Assembly: GCA_965218435.1 (NCBI GenBank)
Contig: CBDCKW010000009.1
Location: 1,312,001-1,376,000, forward strand
Length of the DNA stretch: 64,000 nucleotides
DNA from: Truepera sp.
Lineage (GTDB): Bacteria > Deinococcota > Deinococci > Deinococcales > Trueperaceae
Reading direction: 5' to 3'
The translations under genes and the position numbers were made by a program. Each line of letters starts with the position of its first letter. The stretch's first letter is position 1. This document shows positions 18,267 through 28,493 of this stretch, one piece after another. The notes below the pieces were generated by a model that saw only the letters and a program-made list of their open reading frames with translations, searched no databases and had not been told where the DNA came from.

Positions 18267-20093
18267 CTAAAGCGTAAACCGCTCAACTAACGCCTCATAT
18301 TCCGCGACGCGCCCCTCGGCAATCTCCAAACTTTTACGCCAAAACTCTACACGCTCAATGTCAATCCCAAACTCGGCGGCGAGCGGCGCGGCGTCGTTCA
18401 TCCCGGTTTTAGACAAAAGCTCGTCGTACCGCTCGTACCAGCCCTCCGGCTCTGCCTGATACTGTGCGTAGAGCCCCAAACCGAACAGATAGCCAAAGGT
18501 GTAAGGGAAGTTGTAAAAACTCCGCCCGGTGCTGTAGTAGTGACCTTTTTGTGCCCACATCAGCGGGTGGCGGGCGTCTGCGGCCAAGGCGTCACCGTAA
18601 GTTTGAGCTTGCGCGTCTAGCATCAGGGCGTTCAGTTCGTCCACCGACAACTCGCGTTCGCGCCGACGTTCAAAGACCGCCGACTCGAAGCGGAAGCGTG
18701 AGTCAATATCTACGACCAGCTGTGTGCTGCCGAGCAGGTCTTGCTCCAAAATGGCCAGTTTTTCAGCCTCGTCCGCGCGGTTTAAGAGCGCGTTGGTGAC
18801 AACCGTCTCACAAAAGATGCTGGCAGTTTCGGCCAAGGTCATCGGGGTGTCGTTTTGCAGCGGCGTGCGTCCGGCGTCGAAGATGCAGAGATTGTGATAG
18901 GCGTGTCCGAGTTCATGCGCGGCGGTAAACACGCTGTCCAAATCGCCGCCGAAGTTGTGCATAATCCGTGACTCCCTGACGCCCCGGACGCTCATACAGA
19001 ACGCGCCGCTGCGTTTACCTTTACGCGGTGGGACGTCGTGCCAGTTTTCGTCAAAGGTCTTTTGCGCGAACGCCGCGAGTTTAGGTGAATAGCTGCTGAA
19101 CGCCTCGGTCACGAAGTCGGTCGTTTCCGGCCAAGAGAACATACGGGGTGTTCCAGCCGTGACCGGGGCCAGCAAGTCGTACCAAGCCAGCGTGTCTTTA
19201 CCTAAAAACTTAGCTTTGGCCTTGAGGTAGCGCCGAAAAACGGGGAACCGTTCGCGGCACGCTTCTTGCATCGCCCCCAAACTCTTCCGGGTGATGTGGC
19301 TGCTAAACAACGCTTCATCGAGCGCCGTCGCCCAGCCGCGCCGCTCGGTTGTCTCGTTGACTTGCGCCTTGATACTGTTCATGGCGGCAGCGTAAGCGAC
19401 GACGTTTTGGTTGAGGAGCTCGAGTTCCGCTTCAAACGCCGCCTTACGCAGGTCGGGGTCGGCGTCACCTTGCAAGTTGCGGAGTTCGGTCAGCGGATAT
19501 TCGGTCTCTTCGCGCCCCGGCAGCGTTTTGCGAATCGTCGTGCGGCTGCTCAGGTCGCCGTGCAGTTTGGCCCACGCCTGCCCGCTGCTGGGCCTCAGCG
19601 CCGCGAGGAGTTCTTCGGCCGCTTCGCCCATCAGGTGCGCGGCCTCTTCGCGGCTGCGGCGAACCAGATAGCTGTGCGCCTTAGCGACATCGGACGCTTC
19701 GATCAGTGCGTCGGCGTCGAGTGACCCCAGCCACGCCGTCAGCCGAACCGCCAAAAAGCTCAGCTTGCTGCCCAGGGGTGCCAGCGACGAGGCTTCAGCT
19801 TGCGCCCGGTCGTTAAACGCGTCGGTCGAGGTAAAGCCTGCGAGGTACGGGCCTACGGTGCCGAAACGGGTGTAGAGGTCGTTAAACCGCCCAATCAAGT
19901 CGTCAAACAAAGCGGTGGTTTCGGGAGTGACGGAGATACCCTCTTGAGCGCCGACTTTATGGTCGTCCATAAATGCAGTGAGGGACTCGAGCCCGTGTTT
20001 AAGCTCAGCCTTAGCCTCGTTAAACTCGGGTGAATCTAAACCCGGAAAGATTGAGGTGAGTTGCCAGTGGGGGAGTGGGACAGTTTGACTCAT
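18267..20093 (-). CDS. pepF: M3 family oligoendopeptidase F
   Basis: GKRSGAFC, HELGHAYH, AETAS, FYNFPYTFG. Confidence 0.92.
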   Translation of the reverse strand: MSQTVPLPHWQLTSIFPGLDSPEFNEAKAELKHGLESLTAFMDDHKVGAQEGISVTPETTALFDDLIGRFNDLYTRFGTVGPYLAGFTSTDAFNDRAQAEASSLAPLGSKLSFLAVRLTAWLGSLDADALIEASDVAKAHSYLVRRSREEAAHLMGEAAEELLAALRPSSGQAWAKLHGDLSSRTTIRKTLPGREETEYPLTELRNLQGDADPDLRKAAFEAELELLNQNVVAYAAAMNSIKAQVNETTERRGWATALDEALFSSHITRKSLGAMQEACRERFPVFRRYLKAKAKFLGKDTLAWYDLLAPVTAGTPRMFSWPETTDFVTEAFSSYSPKLAAFAQKTFDENWHDVPPRKGKRSGAFCMSVRGVRESRIMHNFGGDLDSVFTAAHELGHAYHNLCIFDAGRTPLQNDTPMTLAETASIFCETVVTNALLNRADEAEKLAILEQDLLGSTQLVVDIDSRFRFESAVFERRRERELSVDELNALMLDAQAQTYGDALAADARHPLMWAQKGHYYSTGRSFYNFPYTFGYLFGLGLYAQYQAEPEGWYERYDELLSKTGMNDAAPLAAEFGIDIERVEFWRKSLEIAEGRVAEYEALVERFTL

Positions 20094-20115
20094 GCCTCAA
20101 CCTTAGCACTGAGAC

Positions 20116-20685
20116 TCAGAAGAGTTTACGGATTTCTTCGTCAGGTTTGCGCTGCCCAACGCGCACATCTAGCATTTTGCGGCGGAGTGGGTTGAAATAG
20201 TACGAGAGCTGCACAAGGGTACCGAAACGGTCATTTATTTCAAAACCGCTAATGACGAAGCCTGCTTTGAGTTTGGGAATGATAACGGCGTTGTTCGTCA
20301 AATTGTGGCGGCTGGTAACAATTTGAAACCCCGCGTGTTTGAGGTGTCCTAAAACGAACGGTAAAAGCGCCGTATAGAGCCCGCGTCCCCGGTGTTCTTG
20401 TAAGATGCCTGTCCTCGACATTTCAAAGACTTCTGCTAAGGTTTGTTGCCCTAAGTGCCAACCGACGAACGTTTCACCCTGAAAGATGCCGAAACCGAGC
20501 CGGTAGCGTCCCGCTAATCTTTCTCCCAAAGTGTCGAGCGCGTTTTGTTCGGTTTCCGAAAGTGCGTAGAGGGAGTCGAGGTGTCCGTTTTGGGCAAAAA
20601 TATCTGTTTGATGTTTCTTGATGTAGGGAAGAAGCTCGTCTCGAGACATCACTTCGTACCTATAACCGGGGATAAGTTCTGGCAT
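20116..20685 (-). CDS. GNAT family acetyltransferase
   Basis: GILQEHRGRGLY, NNAVIIPKLKAGF. Confidence 0.8.
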   Translation of the reverse strand: MPELIPGYRYEVMSRDELLPYIKKHQTDIFAQNGHLDSLYALSETEQNALDTLGERLAGRYRLGFGIFQGETFVGWHLGQQTLAEVFEMSRTGILQEHRGRGLYTALLPFVLGHLKHAGFQIVTSRHNLTNNAVIIPKLKAGFVISGFEINDRFGTLVQLSYYFNPLRRKMLDVRVGQRKPDEEIRKLF

Positions 20686-20702
20686 AAACTCAGCTTAAAG
20701 CT

Positions 20703-21728
20703 TTAAGCTTTACCCGCCAAAATCTTTTCGTAAACGTTCAAATAGTCTCTGACCATCCGCTCCCGGCTAAAATGCGCTTCGGCGTACGCGTGTACCTGGA
20801 CCCTAGACACCTCACCCAACCTTTCAACTGCTCTAACGGCCTCGTCTACATTTTGCACGTTAAACCCATTGATACCGTCCCGGACAATCTCCGGCACCGA
20901 CCCGCGCGGCGTGGCGATGACCGGTGTCCCGCACGCCAGCGCCTCGACCATGCTGAGGCCGAACGGTTCGTCGAAACCGACGAGGTGCAAAAGCGCCGCC
21001 GCGCCGCCTAAAAGCCTGTCGCGCTCCGCAGGCCCGACCGATCCGACGTAGCGAATCTGTTCGTTCAGGTGAGGTTTGATGTCGCGTTCAAAGTAACCCT
21101 CGTCTTGAATGATGCCTGCGAGGATGAGCCGCTTGCCGGTTCTTTGAGCAACGCTAACGGCCTCGGCTGCGCCTTTGTCAGGGTGGATACGTCCGAAAAA
21201 GAGCAGATAGTCGTCTGGCGGTCTGTCTGAAACCGCCCGAAAGGTAAACTCACTCAGGTCAATCCCGTGATGGATGGTTGCTGCGTAATGCAGTTCCGGG
21301 TGGCGGTCGGCGTCGCTGATGGCGACGTAGTGCGTGCTGGCGTCATAGCGTTTATAGACCGGCAAGATGCTCTCGGACGAGAAGCCGTGAATGGTCGTAA
21401 CCACAGGTGTCGAGACGAGGCCACTATAGGTGAGCGGCAAAAAGTCGTAGTGGTTATGAATGAGGTCGAATTGACCGGCTTGTTCAAACACATTGGCGAG
21501 GTGCAGGCTTTCCCACACCTTGACGTCGAGCGTTTTGTCCTCTTCGTAGGGGCGCGGCACCACTGCTGAAAGCGTTGCGGCAGTTTTTGAGTCGGCAGTA
21601 GCAAAAAGTGTCACCTCTACGCCTGCGGCGACCAAGCCTTCAGTCAGCAGCGAAACGACGCGCTCCCAGGGGCCGTAATGCCGGGGCGGAACGCGCCACG
21701 CGATAGGTGCGAGCATCGCGAGTTTCAT
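20703..21728 (-). CDS. glycosyltransferase family 4
   Basis: VPPRHYG, FGRIHPDKG, EPFGLSMVEALACGTPV. Confidence 0.92.
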   Translation of the reverse strand: MKLAMLAPIAWRVPPRHYGPWERVVSLLTEGLVAAGVEVTLFATADSKTAATLSAVVPRPYEEDKTLDVKVWESLHLANVFEQAGQFDLIHNHYDFLPLTYSGLVSTPVVTTIHGFSSESILPVYKRYDASTHYVAISDADRHPELHYAATIHHGIDLSEFTFRAVSDRPPDDYLLFFGRIHPDKGAAEAVSVAQRTGKRLILAGIIQDEGYFERDIKPHLNEQIRYVGSVGPAERDRLLGGAAALLHLVGFDEPFGLSMVEALACGTPVIATPRGSVPEIVRDGINGFNVQNVDEAVRAVERLGEVSRVQVHAYAEAHFSRERMVRDYLNVYEKILAGKA

Positions 21729-21847
21729 CCGGTTACTCTACCTGAGTGCCCGATTTTTCGCGCGAGACGCTGGCCGTAGCGTACACCTGTACACCACCTG
21801 TAGTTCACGCCCATGCGCGTACCTGCTCTTTGGTACAGACTTGGTAC

Positions 21848-22516
21848 ATGGCTCTCCAAGTGATCGGTGCAGGTTTCGGTAGAACGGGTACGGCGTCGTT
21901 GAAGGCAGGGCTCGAGACCCTCGGCTTTAGCACGTGCTACCACATGTTTGAATTTATGGATCACCCCGAACACGCGCACTACTGGGACGCGGCACTGAGG
22001 GGCAAACCGGTCGCGTGGGACGAGCTGTTTGAAGGCTATCAGGCAACCGTAGACTGGCCCGGCTGCACCTTTTACCAAGAGCTGATGGCGCAGTACCCGG
22101 ACGCCAAGGTGCTCTTGAGCGTCCGTGACCCCGAGCGGTGGTACAAGAGCGCGAGCGAAACGATCTTTAGTGCGTCGCGCGGCGGGCCGCGTCAGCTCTG
22201 GCAACTCCTTACGACGCCCCGGATGTGGCGCTCGATCTGGGTGGTTATCCGGCTGATCCCCCGGCGGACCTTTGGCGGTAAAGAACACGACAAAGCGCAC
22301 GCGATTGCGGTGTTTGAACAGCATATCGAAGAGGTCAAACGCACCGTACCGCCTGAAAAGTTGCTCGTTTACGAGGTTAAAGAGGGTTGGGAACCGCTCT
22401 GCCGCTTTTTAGAGGTGCCGGTGCCGGACGAGCCGTTTCCACATGTCAACGATACGGGAACGTTTCAGAAGACGATGAACGAGCGGTTTCGGCGGGGTAC
22501 GGCCAAGGCAAATTAG
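21848..22516 (+). CDS. sulfotransferase-family P-loop protein (Sulfotransfer_4-like)
   Basis: VIGAGFGRTGTASLK, CYHM, VDWP, GWEPLCRFL, PFPHVN. Confidence 0.88.
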   Translation: MALQVIGAGFGRTGTASLKAGLETLGFSTCYHMFEFMDHPEHAHYWDAALRGKPVAWDELFEGYQATVDWPGCTFYQELMAQYPDAKVLLSVRDPERWYKSASETIFSASRGGPRQLWQLLTTPRMWRSIWVVIRLIPRRTFGGKEHDKAHAIAVFEQHIEEVKRTVPPEKLLVYEVKEGWEPLCRFLEVPVPDEPFPHVNDTGTFQKTMNERFRRGTAKAN

Positions 22517-22656
22517 GCGTAGTTTAGAGCTGTTTCGGGTTTGTGCGTAGCTGTCTGAGGTCATGCTAGAGAAGGGCTGTGGCCCGAGCCCGACTCGGGC
22601 GACGCCTTACACCGACCCATTCGGATTTTCTAACGATACGAGCAAGATTTAAGACG

Positions 22657-22693
22657 TGACATCTGTCATTCGCCAAAGCTGACACCCTGCACT
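22657..22693 (+). promoter_or_regulatory. putative NarL/DesR-type regulator binding site upstream of the ABC exporter
   Basis: Perfect inverted repeat TGACA-TC-TGTCA followed by a second TGACA half-site at 22680. Confidence 0.6.
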
Positions 22694-22734
22694 AATTTTC
22701 AGCGTTCAGAGAGTCCATAGTAAGCCTCAGGAGG

Positions 22735-23694
22735 TTGGCTATGGTCATTTCAAGGGCACTCGGGGCTAAAGTAGAACCCACACGAACACAGAATTCGGCA
22801 GCGGCAATGCTCGAGCACGTTTCCAAACGTTACGGGAACATTGCAGCCCTGTCGGACGTGTCTCTAACGCTCCGTCCCGGTGAGGTGTTGGCGCTTCTGG
22901 GGCCGAACGGCGCGGGCAAGACGACGGCGCTCAGCTTGTTATTGGGGCTGCTGCGCCCGGACAGCGGGACGGTTCGGCTTTTCGGCAGACCGCCGCACGA
23001 GGCGGCGAGCCGGGAGCGCGTCGGGGTGATGTTGCAACTCTCCGGCGTGCCCGAAACGCTGAGCGTAGCAGAGCATCTGGAGCTGTTTGCGGCGTATTAT
23101 CCTCACCCTTTACCGCGCGGTGAAGTGTTGGAACGTACCGGCTTGGTGGGGCTCGAGCGCCGCTTGTACGGCAAACTCTCAGGGGGGCAGAAGGGGCGGC
23201 TGCATCTGGCGCTGGCGCTAATTGGCAACCCGGACCTGCTTTTTTTAGACGAACCGACGACCGGGCTCGATGTGGGCTCGAGGCGTGCCTTATGGCAGAG
23301 TGTACGCGAGGTTGCCGCGCAGGGTAAAACGGTCTTGTTGACGACGCACAACTTAGAGGAAGCCGACGCGTTAGCCGACCGCATCGTGGTCTTAAACGGG
23401 GGCCGCATCGTCGCCGAAGGGACTCCCGCCGCCATCAAACAGCAGGTCGCGGGGCAAAGGGTTCGTTGTCAAACCGTCATTCCTTTGGAGAGGGTTCGGT
23501 CTTTGCCGGAGGTGCAGAGGGTTAGTCAAAACGGCGCGGTCACTGAGTTGTGGGCGAGCAAGCCGGAACCGGTGGTGCGCTTTTTGTTGGGGCACGACGC
23601 GGCGCTTTCTGGTCTCGAGGTTTCCGGGGTAGGGCTCGAGGAGGCGTTTTTGGCGTTGACACAAAAGGCAAATCAAGAGGAGGTGAAGGCGTGA
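22735..23694 (+). CDS. ABC-2 exporter ATPase (YvfR-like)
   Basis: GPNGAGKTT, LSGGQ, FLDEPTTGLD, LEEAFLALT. Confidence 0.9.
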   Translation: MAMVISRALGAKVEPTRTQNSAAAMLEHVSKRYGNIAALSDVSLTLRPGEVLALLGPNGAGKTTALSLLLGLLRPDSGTVRLFGRPPHEAASRERVGVMLQLSGVPETLSVAEHLELFAAYYPHPLPRGEVLERTGLVGLERRLYGKLSGGQKGRLHLALALIGNPDLLFLDEPTTGLDVGSRRALWQSVREVAAQGKTVLLTTHNLEEADALADRIVVLNGGRIVAEGTPAAIKQQVAGQRVRCQTVIPLERVRSLPEVQRVSQNGAVTELWASKPEPVVRFLLGHDAALSGLEVSGVGLEEAFLALTQKANQEEVKA

Positions 23695-24455
23695 CCCGTG
23701 CGGCGCGGGTGTACTGGCTCGAGGCCAAAACCGAGATTATCAAGGCGTGGCGACTCCCGATTTATTCGGTCTTTACGCTGGCTTTCCCGCTGATGTTTTA
23801 CCTGATTTTCGGTCTGACTTACGGGGGCGAGTCGGCGGGGCCGGTCACTATCGCCGCCTACATGCTCGCCACTTACGGCGCTTTCGGGGTGATCGGCGCG
23901 TCTATGTTCGGCTTCGGTGTGGGACTGGCGTCTGAACGGGGGCAGGGTTGGTTGCGCCTCAAACGCGCCTCACCGATGCCGCCGAGTGCGTACTTTACCG
24001 CCAAAATCGTGATGGCGCTCGTGTTCAGCTTGCTCGTAGTGTTGGGGCTATTCGTGCTCGGCTTTTTTCTGTTCGGCGTGCGGTTGCCCCTAGCTACCTG
24101 GGCGTCGCTCCTTGGCACGTTGCTTTTGGGTGCGCTCCCATTTTGTGCGCTGGGCATGGCGCTCGGTTACCTGGTGGGGCCGAACTCGGCGGCGGCGGTG
24201 GTGAACCTCGTCTACCTGCCGCTGGCGTTTGCTTCAGGGCTCTGGATTCCCTTAGAGCAGCTGCCTACGTTTATGCAGCGCCTTGCACCTTTTTTACCGC
24301 CGTATCACTACGTGCAACTCGCCCTCGGAACGATGGGCGCAGGGCAAGGCGGCGCGGCGTGGGTTCACGTCCTCGTTTTGCTCGGGTTTACGGCGCTCTT
24401 TCTCGGCGTAGCGCGGTGGGCGTACCGGCGTGATGAAGGGAAGACGTATGGCTAG
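23691..24455 (+). CDS. ABC-2 exporter permease (YvfS-like)
   Basis: ERGQGWLRLKRASP, SGLWIP, LPPYHY; GTGA overlap with a GGAGG RBS. Confidence 0.88.
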   Translation: MTRAARVYWLEAKTEIIKAWRLPIYSVFTLAFPLMFYLIFGLTYGGESAGPVTIAAYMLATYGAFGVIGASMFGFGVGLASERGQGWLRLKRASPMPPSAYFTAKIVMALVFSLLVVLGLFVLGFFLFGVRLPLATWASLLGTLLLGALPFCALGMALGYLVGPNSAAAVVNLVYLPLAFASGLWIPLEQLPTFMQRLAPFLPPYHYVQLALGTMGAGQGGAAWVHVLVLLGFTALFLGVARWAYRRDEGKTYG

Positions 24456-24567
24456 AGGCAGGTGCGGTTGACCTCAATGAGTTGGAAGGTCATAAGAAGT
24501 AAGAATGTAGCACAAAGGATTTTGAAGTCCGTTTGGTATATAAACACGCTTTACTGGAGGTAAAACC

Positions 24568-24801
24568 ATGAAATCCCCGACCGAAAGAAATATCGAAGCA
24601 CGCACCGGTACCTTTATGGGCTATCTTCGCAGTAGTTTGGTCGCAGCAGTGATCGCTCTTGTAATCTATCTAGTCATTTACGCCCTGACGACCGGCGGGC
24701 TCGATCTTGTAACCGGGCTCATTATCGCCGGAATTACCTTTGTGGTGACCTTGGTGATCAGCATGATTGTCGGTGCGGTGATGCGGCAGCGGGGGCGCTG
24801 A
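24568..24801 (+). CDS. small two-TM hypothetical protein
   Basis: GGAGG RBS; two hydrophobic helices. Confidence 0.65.
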   Translation: MKSPTERNIEARTGTFMGYLRSSLVAAVIALVIYLVIYALTTGGLDLVTGLIIAGITFVVTLVISMIVGAVMRQRGR

Positions 24802-24905
24802 GGGATAAGCCAGGGGCGTGTCGTTTAGGGCTCGAGCCGGTCCAGCTACTTTGCTACTGCTTCCGTCTCAGCCCTACAGTTCGTAATGCGGGGTAGACAA
24901 CCCTG

Positions 24906-25277
24906 CTAAGTCGTCCGCGAGGCTGCCCGTGTTCCGGCGAGCGCCGAACCCGCGAAGATAACGACCAAGACAGCGACGATCCAAGCGTTCCAGGTTGCCG
25001 GGACAGTACGGTAGTTGAGCACCCACGGCGCGATAAAGAGCCCTGCACCCAGCAAGATGTTGCTCCACTCCGCCAGCGCGGTAGCGGGCATCGCCAGCGC
25101 CCAGATTGCAACTAACACGATGAGCGCACCGACCCACCAGGCGTCACGGTTGTAAATACCGGTACTCCGCAGTATCCAGGGAGAAATGAACAGCCAAGCC
25201 CCTAAAATAAGGTTTGCCCAGTCCTGCCAGCGTGCCCCGCGCACTGGAACCACCGTTGTTCTTGTGTTGTTGGTCAT
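24906..25277 (-). CDS. SPW-repeat integral membrane protein
   Basis: Two repeats, WLFISPWIL and LFIAPWVL; AAGGA RBS. Confidence 0.85.
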   Translation of the reverse strand: MTNNTRTTVVPVRGARWQDWANLILGAWLFISPWILRSTGIYNRDAWWVGALIVLVAIWALAMPATALAEWSNILLGAGLFIAPWVLNYRTVPATWNAWIVAVLVVIFAGSALAGTRAASRTT

Positions 25278-25730
25278 CGTTAAATCCTTTCCTTTTGAGG
25301 AACGACATCTCGTTTCAGCCTCATCGTCAGAGCTTAAATTTAAGAACCTGAACAGTGACCTTTGTCAAAGCCCGAGTCATATCCGAATTGTTTTATGACA
25401 ACGATATTGAGCAGTTCTAATCCCCCCTCGGATCGTCTCGAGCTTATCCCTATCAGGTGCGCCTCTAAGAGCTTGTCGCAAGCTGGCTCGAGCACCTTTT
25501 GACGGCCCCCGCAAGACCTAAGCCGTAGTGTGCTTCAAAGTGGTTATGGTTTATGTAGTTTTTGCTTCAGTGAGCAGATCGTTTAGCTTGCTGAGATTTT
25601 TACGCAACGTGTCGTCAGCGTTTGTTGCCCAAACTGTACAAACGGTTTGAAGGTCTTAAAATGACGGCACTGAAACATAGTTCGGATATACAGTCGCAGT
25701 ACCGGGCTCTCGAGCCTTGAGGAGGAAACA

Positions 25731-26888
25731 ATGGAGTATAAATGCTTAAAAAATTTATGGGTGCTGGTTGTCATGGTCATGGTTTCGCCCGTACTCGCGC
25801 AGGGAAAAGTTGCCAGAGAACCGCTGAGCGTCAATTTCGGCGACTTTCAGGCCAAAGCCGAACTGACCTATCCCGCAGAGGGCCAAGGTCCGTTTCCCAC
25901 AGTTGTACTGATTCCCGGTTCCGGTCCCGAAGATATGAACGCGACCATCCAATCCTTTGGCGCGGACGGCAAACCGGTCATTCTCTCGAGCATTTTCAAG
26001 CAAGTCTCGGACTATCTGAGCGAACACGGCTTTGCGGTGCTACGTTACAACAAGCACTACGTCACCGGGCCGGGGCAGGCGGATTTTCAAAAGTTTTACA
26101 CCAAGCTCGACCTGCCGCAGATGCTCACTGATGCGGGAAAAGTCTTGGCGAAAGCAGAAGCGAACCCGAAAGTGGACAAAAAACAGGTCTTTCTGTACGG
26201 CTGGAGCGAAGGGAGCACAGTAGCGGCGGCTCTAGCAGCCAAGCATCCTGAACTGGCCGGACTCATCGTGCAGGGGCCGGTTACTGAACCCTGGCGCGAG
26301 CTGTTTCTCTATCAAATTTTTGAGGTTGAGTTGCCTTATCTGCGCCAAATTTCGCCAAACGAGCAAGTTACCATCAAGACCTTAAAGCAGCTTCAAGCGG
26401 GGGATGGCGGTTTAGTGGCTAAAGGAATGCTCAACTATTTAGAGGACAGCTCGAGCTTTCAAACCGGAACCCTGAAGGTCAATACGGCGCTCGATGCCAA
26501 CCACGACGGGACGCTCGAAAAAAGCGAGCTGACCCGCGCCGCCTTTAAGAAGCTGTTAGACGATTACCTCAGCCCTCGAGGGTTTGGGAGTATTTACGCC
26601 GCTGGGCGTGCCCTTCCTGATGTGATAAAGCAAGCGCCGAACCTCAATATGCCCGTTCTTATCTTGCATGGGGCCAACGACGCGAACGTTCCGGCGAGCG
26701 GGGCAGAGGCGTTCAACGCCGAACTCGGGCGTGTCGGCAACTCCGACCACACGCTCGAGCTCTATCCGGGTTTGGGGCATACGTTGGGGAAAACGCCTAC
26801 CGTCATCAAGGATAACTTTCAGCCGATGGCGCAGCGTCCGTTAAAAGACCTGGTAGGGTGGCTCAAGGCATACAGCCATACACGTTAG
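25731..26888 (+). CDS. secreted alpha/beta hydrolase (S9-like) with an EF-hand-like loop
   Basis: Signal peptide; PGSGP oxyanion loop, GWSEG nucleophile, HGANDANV, GLGH; DANHDGTLEKSE loop. Confidence 0.85.
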   Translation: MEYKCLKNLWVLVVMVMVSPVLAQGKVAREPLSVNFGDFQAKAELTYPAEGQGPFPTVVLIPGSGPEDMNATIQSFGADGKPVILSSIFKQVSDYLSEHGFAVLRYNKHYVTGPGQADFQKFYTKLDLPQMLTDAGKVLAKAEANPKVDKKQVFLYGWSEGSTVAAALAAKHPELAGLIVQGPVTEPWRELFLYQIFEVELPYLRQISPNEQVTIKTLKQLQAGDGGLVAKGMLNYLEDSSSFQTGTLKVNTALDANHDGTLEKSELTRAAFKKLLDDYLSPRGFGSIYAAGRALPDVIKQAPNLNMPVLILHGANDANVPASGAEAFNAELGRVGNSDHTLELYPGLGHTLGKTPTVIKDNFQPMAQRPLKDLVGWLKAYSHTR

Positions 26889-26942
26889 CCATATACACAG
26901 TGGGAACACGGGCGCAGGTCATTTATAACCGGAGGTTTTGAG

Positions 26943-27299
26943 ATGACGACAGAAGCGAGACCGGAGCAGCTGGACCGCACGGCGGTATTTGGCAGCGTAG
27001 ACGTGAACGGGGCGGGGCTGGCGGTCGGTGGGGCCACGATCACTTGTATTTTCGGCGAAGCTGAAGTTGACCTGCGAGCGGCCAGCTTGGTGGGCGGCGA
27101 GGTCAAATGCGAGTGCTTCATCCTTTTTGGCAACTTAGAGCTGCGCGTCCCGGCGGCTTGGCGCGTGGTGCTCGACGTACAGCCGTTTTTTGGCAGTGTA
27201 GAAGAGCGGGGCGTGTCACCCTCGTTTGGCGCGGACGCTCCAACACTTAAGGTCAGCGGCACAGCTATTTTTGGCTCGGCCCTACTCGAGCGGTTCTAA
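26943..27299 (+). CDS. LiaF C-terminal-like (cell-envelope stress) domain protein
   Basis: Repeated [AI]xFG beta motifs, EVDLR, LRVPAAW; lies directly upstream of the sensor kinase. Confidence 0.75.
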   Translation: MTTEARPEQLDRTAVFGSVDVNGAGLAVGGATITCIFGEAEVDLRAASLVGGEVKCECFILFGNLELRVPAAWRVVLDVQPFFGSVEERGVSPSFGADAPTLKVSGTAIFGSALLERF

Positions 27300-27350
27300 G
27301 CGTTGTACCGTGACTGAGCCCGTCAACCTCAAACGGTTTAGGTAGGACGT

Positions 27351-28493
27351 ATGACCGCTTTCACCCGCATCGCCCCGAAAAACATCGGTTGGGAACCGTA
27401 CCTCTATCTGGTATTTCTCGGCTTTATGTTTTTTCAGCCGCTCTTCGACCCTGAGTTTGGGCGGCTTGACTGGCTGCTGACGTTGGCGCTGATTGCCGTC
27501 TTTTTACCCGTTTATCTCAACAACTTTGCTTACGGAGGCAGGCGTGCATTTGTCGGTATCTGGCTTATTGTGCTGCTCGGCGTCGTAGGAATGTTTGTCA
27601 ATACCGGCTCGAGTTCGTTTTTTATCTATGCGGCGGCGGGCGCGCCCCATGTTGTCGCCAAACCACGGCAAGCTGCGCTATTTATCGCAGCGATTTCCGG
27701 TTTTATTGCGCTGAGCTTCGTTACCTCTGCTGTGCCTCTGCCCGACCGCCTTTGGGCCTTTCTGCCCGCCTTGATTTTCGTCCCCATCAACGGCGTCATC
27801 AACATCTTCCAAGCTGAGGAAAACCGAGCCAACGCAAAGTTGCGACTAGCCCACGACGAGATTGAGCGGCTTGCCAAAGTTGCCGAACGCGAACGCATCG
27901 CCCGCGACCTGCACGATCTGTTGGGACATACACTCTCGAGCATCACCCTTAAAAGCGACCTGGCCTCGAGGCTGGCACGAACCGACCCGAGGCGGGCCGA
28001 ACGCGAGATGCGCGAGGTGGCGGGGGTCTCGAGGCAAGCCCTTAAAGAGGTGCGTGAGGCGGTCAGCGGGTACCGCGCCCGCACGCTGACGAGTGAGTTG
28101 ACCCACGCCAGAGGGATGCTGGCAGCTGCCGGGGTGCGTTTGGAGTACTTTACTGAGCCGCTGGCGCTACCGCCGCTACAAGAAGGAACGTTGGCACTGG
28201 CCCTGCGCGAAGCGGTCACGAACGTCGTGCGGCACGCGCAGGCGTCGGTATGTACGGTGCGCGTGTTACACATAATCATTCCGGGTGGAGATGAAGTCAG
28301 GCTCGAGGTTGACGACGACGGTACCGGCAAGTGTGCATCCGACGGGGCGGGACTCACCGGGATGAGGGAACGTGCTGAACTGCTGGGAGGAAGGCTCGAG
28401 GTCACGGGAAACAATTCCGGGACGCGGCTCCGGTTGACCTTACCGCTTCTCACCGCTGACGACACGCCTGAAGCTTTGGAAAGAACCTCGTGA
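27351..28493 (+). CDS. DesK/YvfT-like membrane sensor histidine kinase
   Basis: ERERIARDLHDLLGH (HisKA_3), REAVTNVVRHA, DDG, GLTGMRER. Confidence 0.92.
   Translation: MTAFTRIAPKNIGWEPYLYLVFLGFMFFQPLFDPEFGRLDWLLTLALIAVFLPVYLNNFAYGGRRAFVGIWLIVLLGVVGMFVNTGSSSFFIYAAAGAPHVVAKPRQAALFIAAISGFIALSFVTSAVPLPDRLWAFLPALIFVPINGVINIFQAEENRANAKLRLAHDEIERLAKVAERERIARDLHDLLGHTLSSITLKSDLASRLARTDPRRAEREMREVAGVSRQALKEVREAVSGYRARTLTSELTHARGMLAAAGVRLEYFTEPLALPPLQEGTLALALREAVTNVVRHAQASVCTVRVLHIIIPGGDEVRLEVDDDGTGKCASDGAGLTGMRERAELLGGRLEVTGNNSGTRLRLTLPLLTADDTPEALERTS

Noticed and set aside
22525..25510. IS5-like terminal motifs TAGAGCTGTTTC (about 22525) and TAAGAGCTTGTCGCAA (about 25466)
   Set aside because: No matching partner ends or target duplications found
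27626..28465. Long antisense or alternative-frame ORFs (279 aa here; also 21725-22324, 61772-62365, 62825-63442)
   Set aside because: They shadow well-supported genes, have Ser/Arg/Ala-biased composition and no motifs; expected in GC-rich DNA
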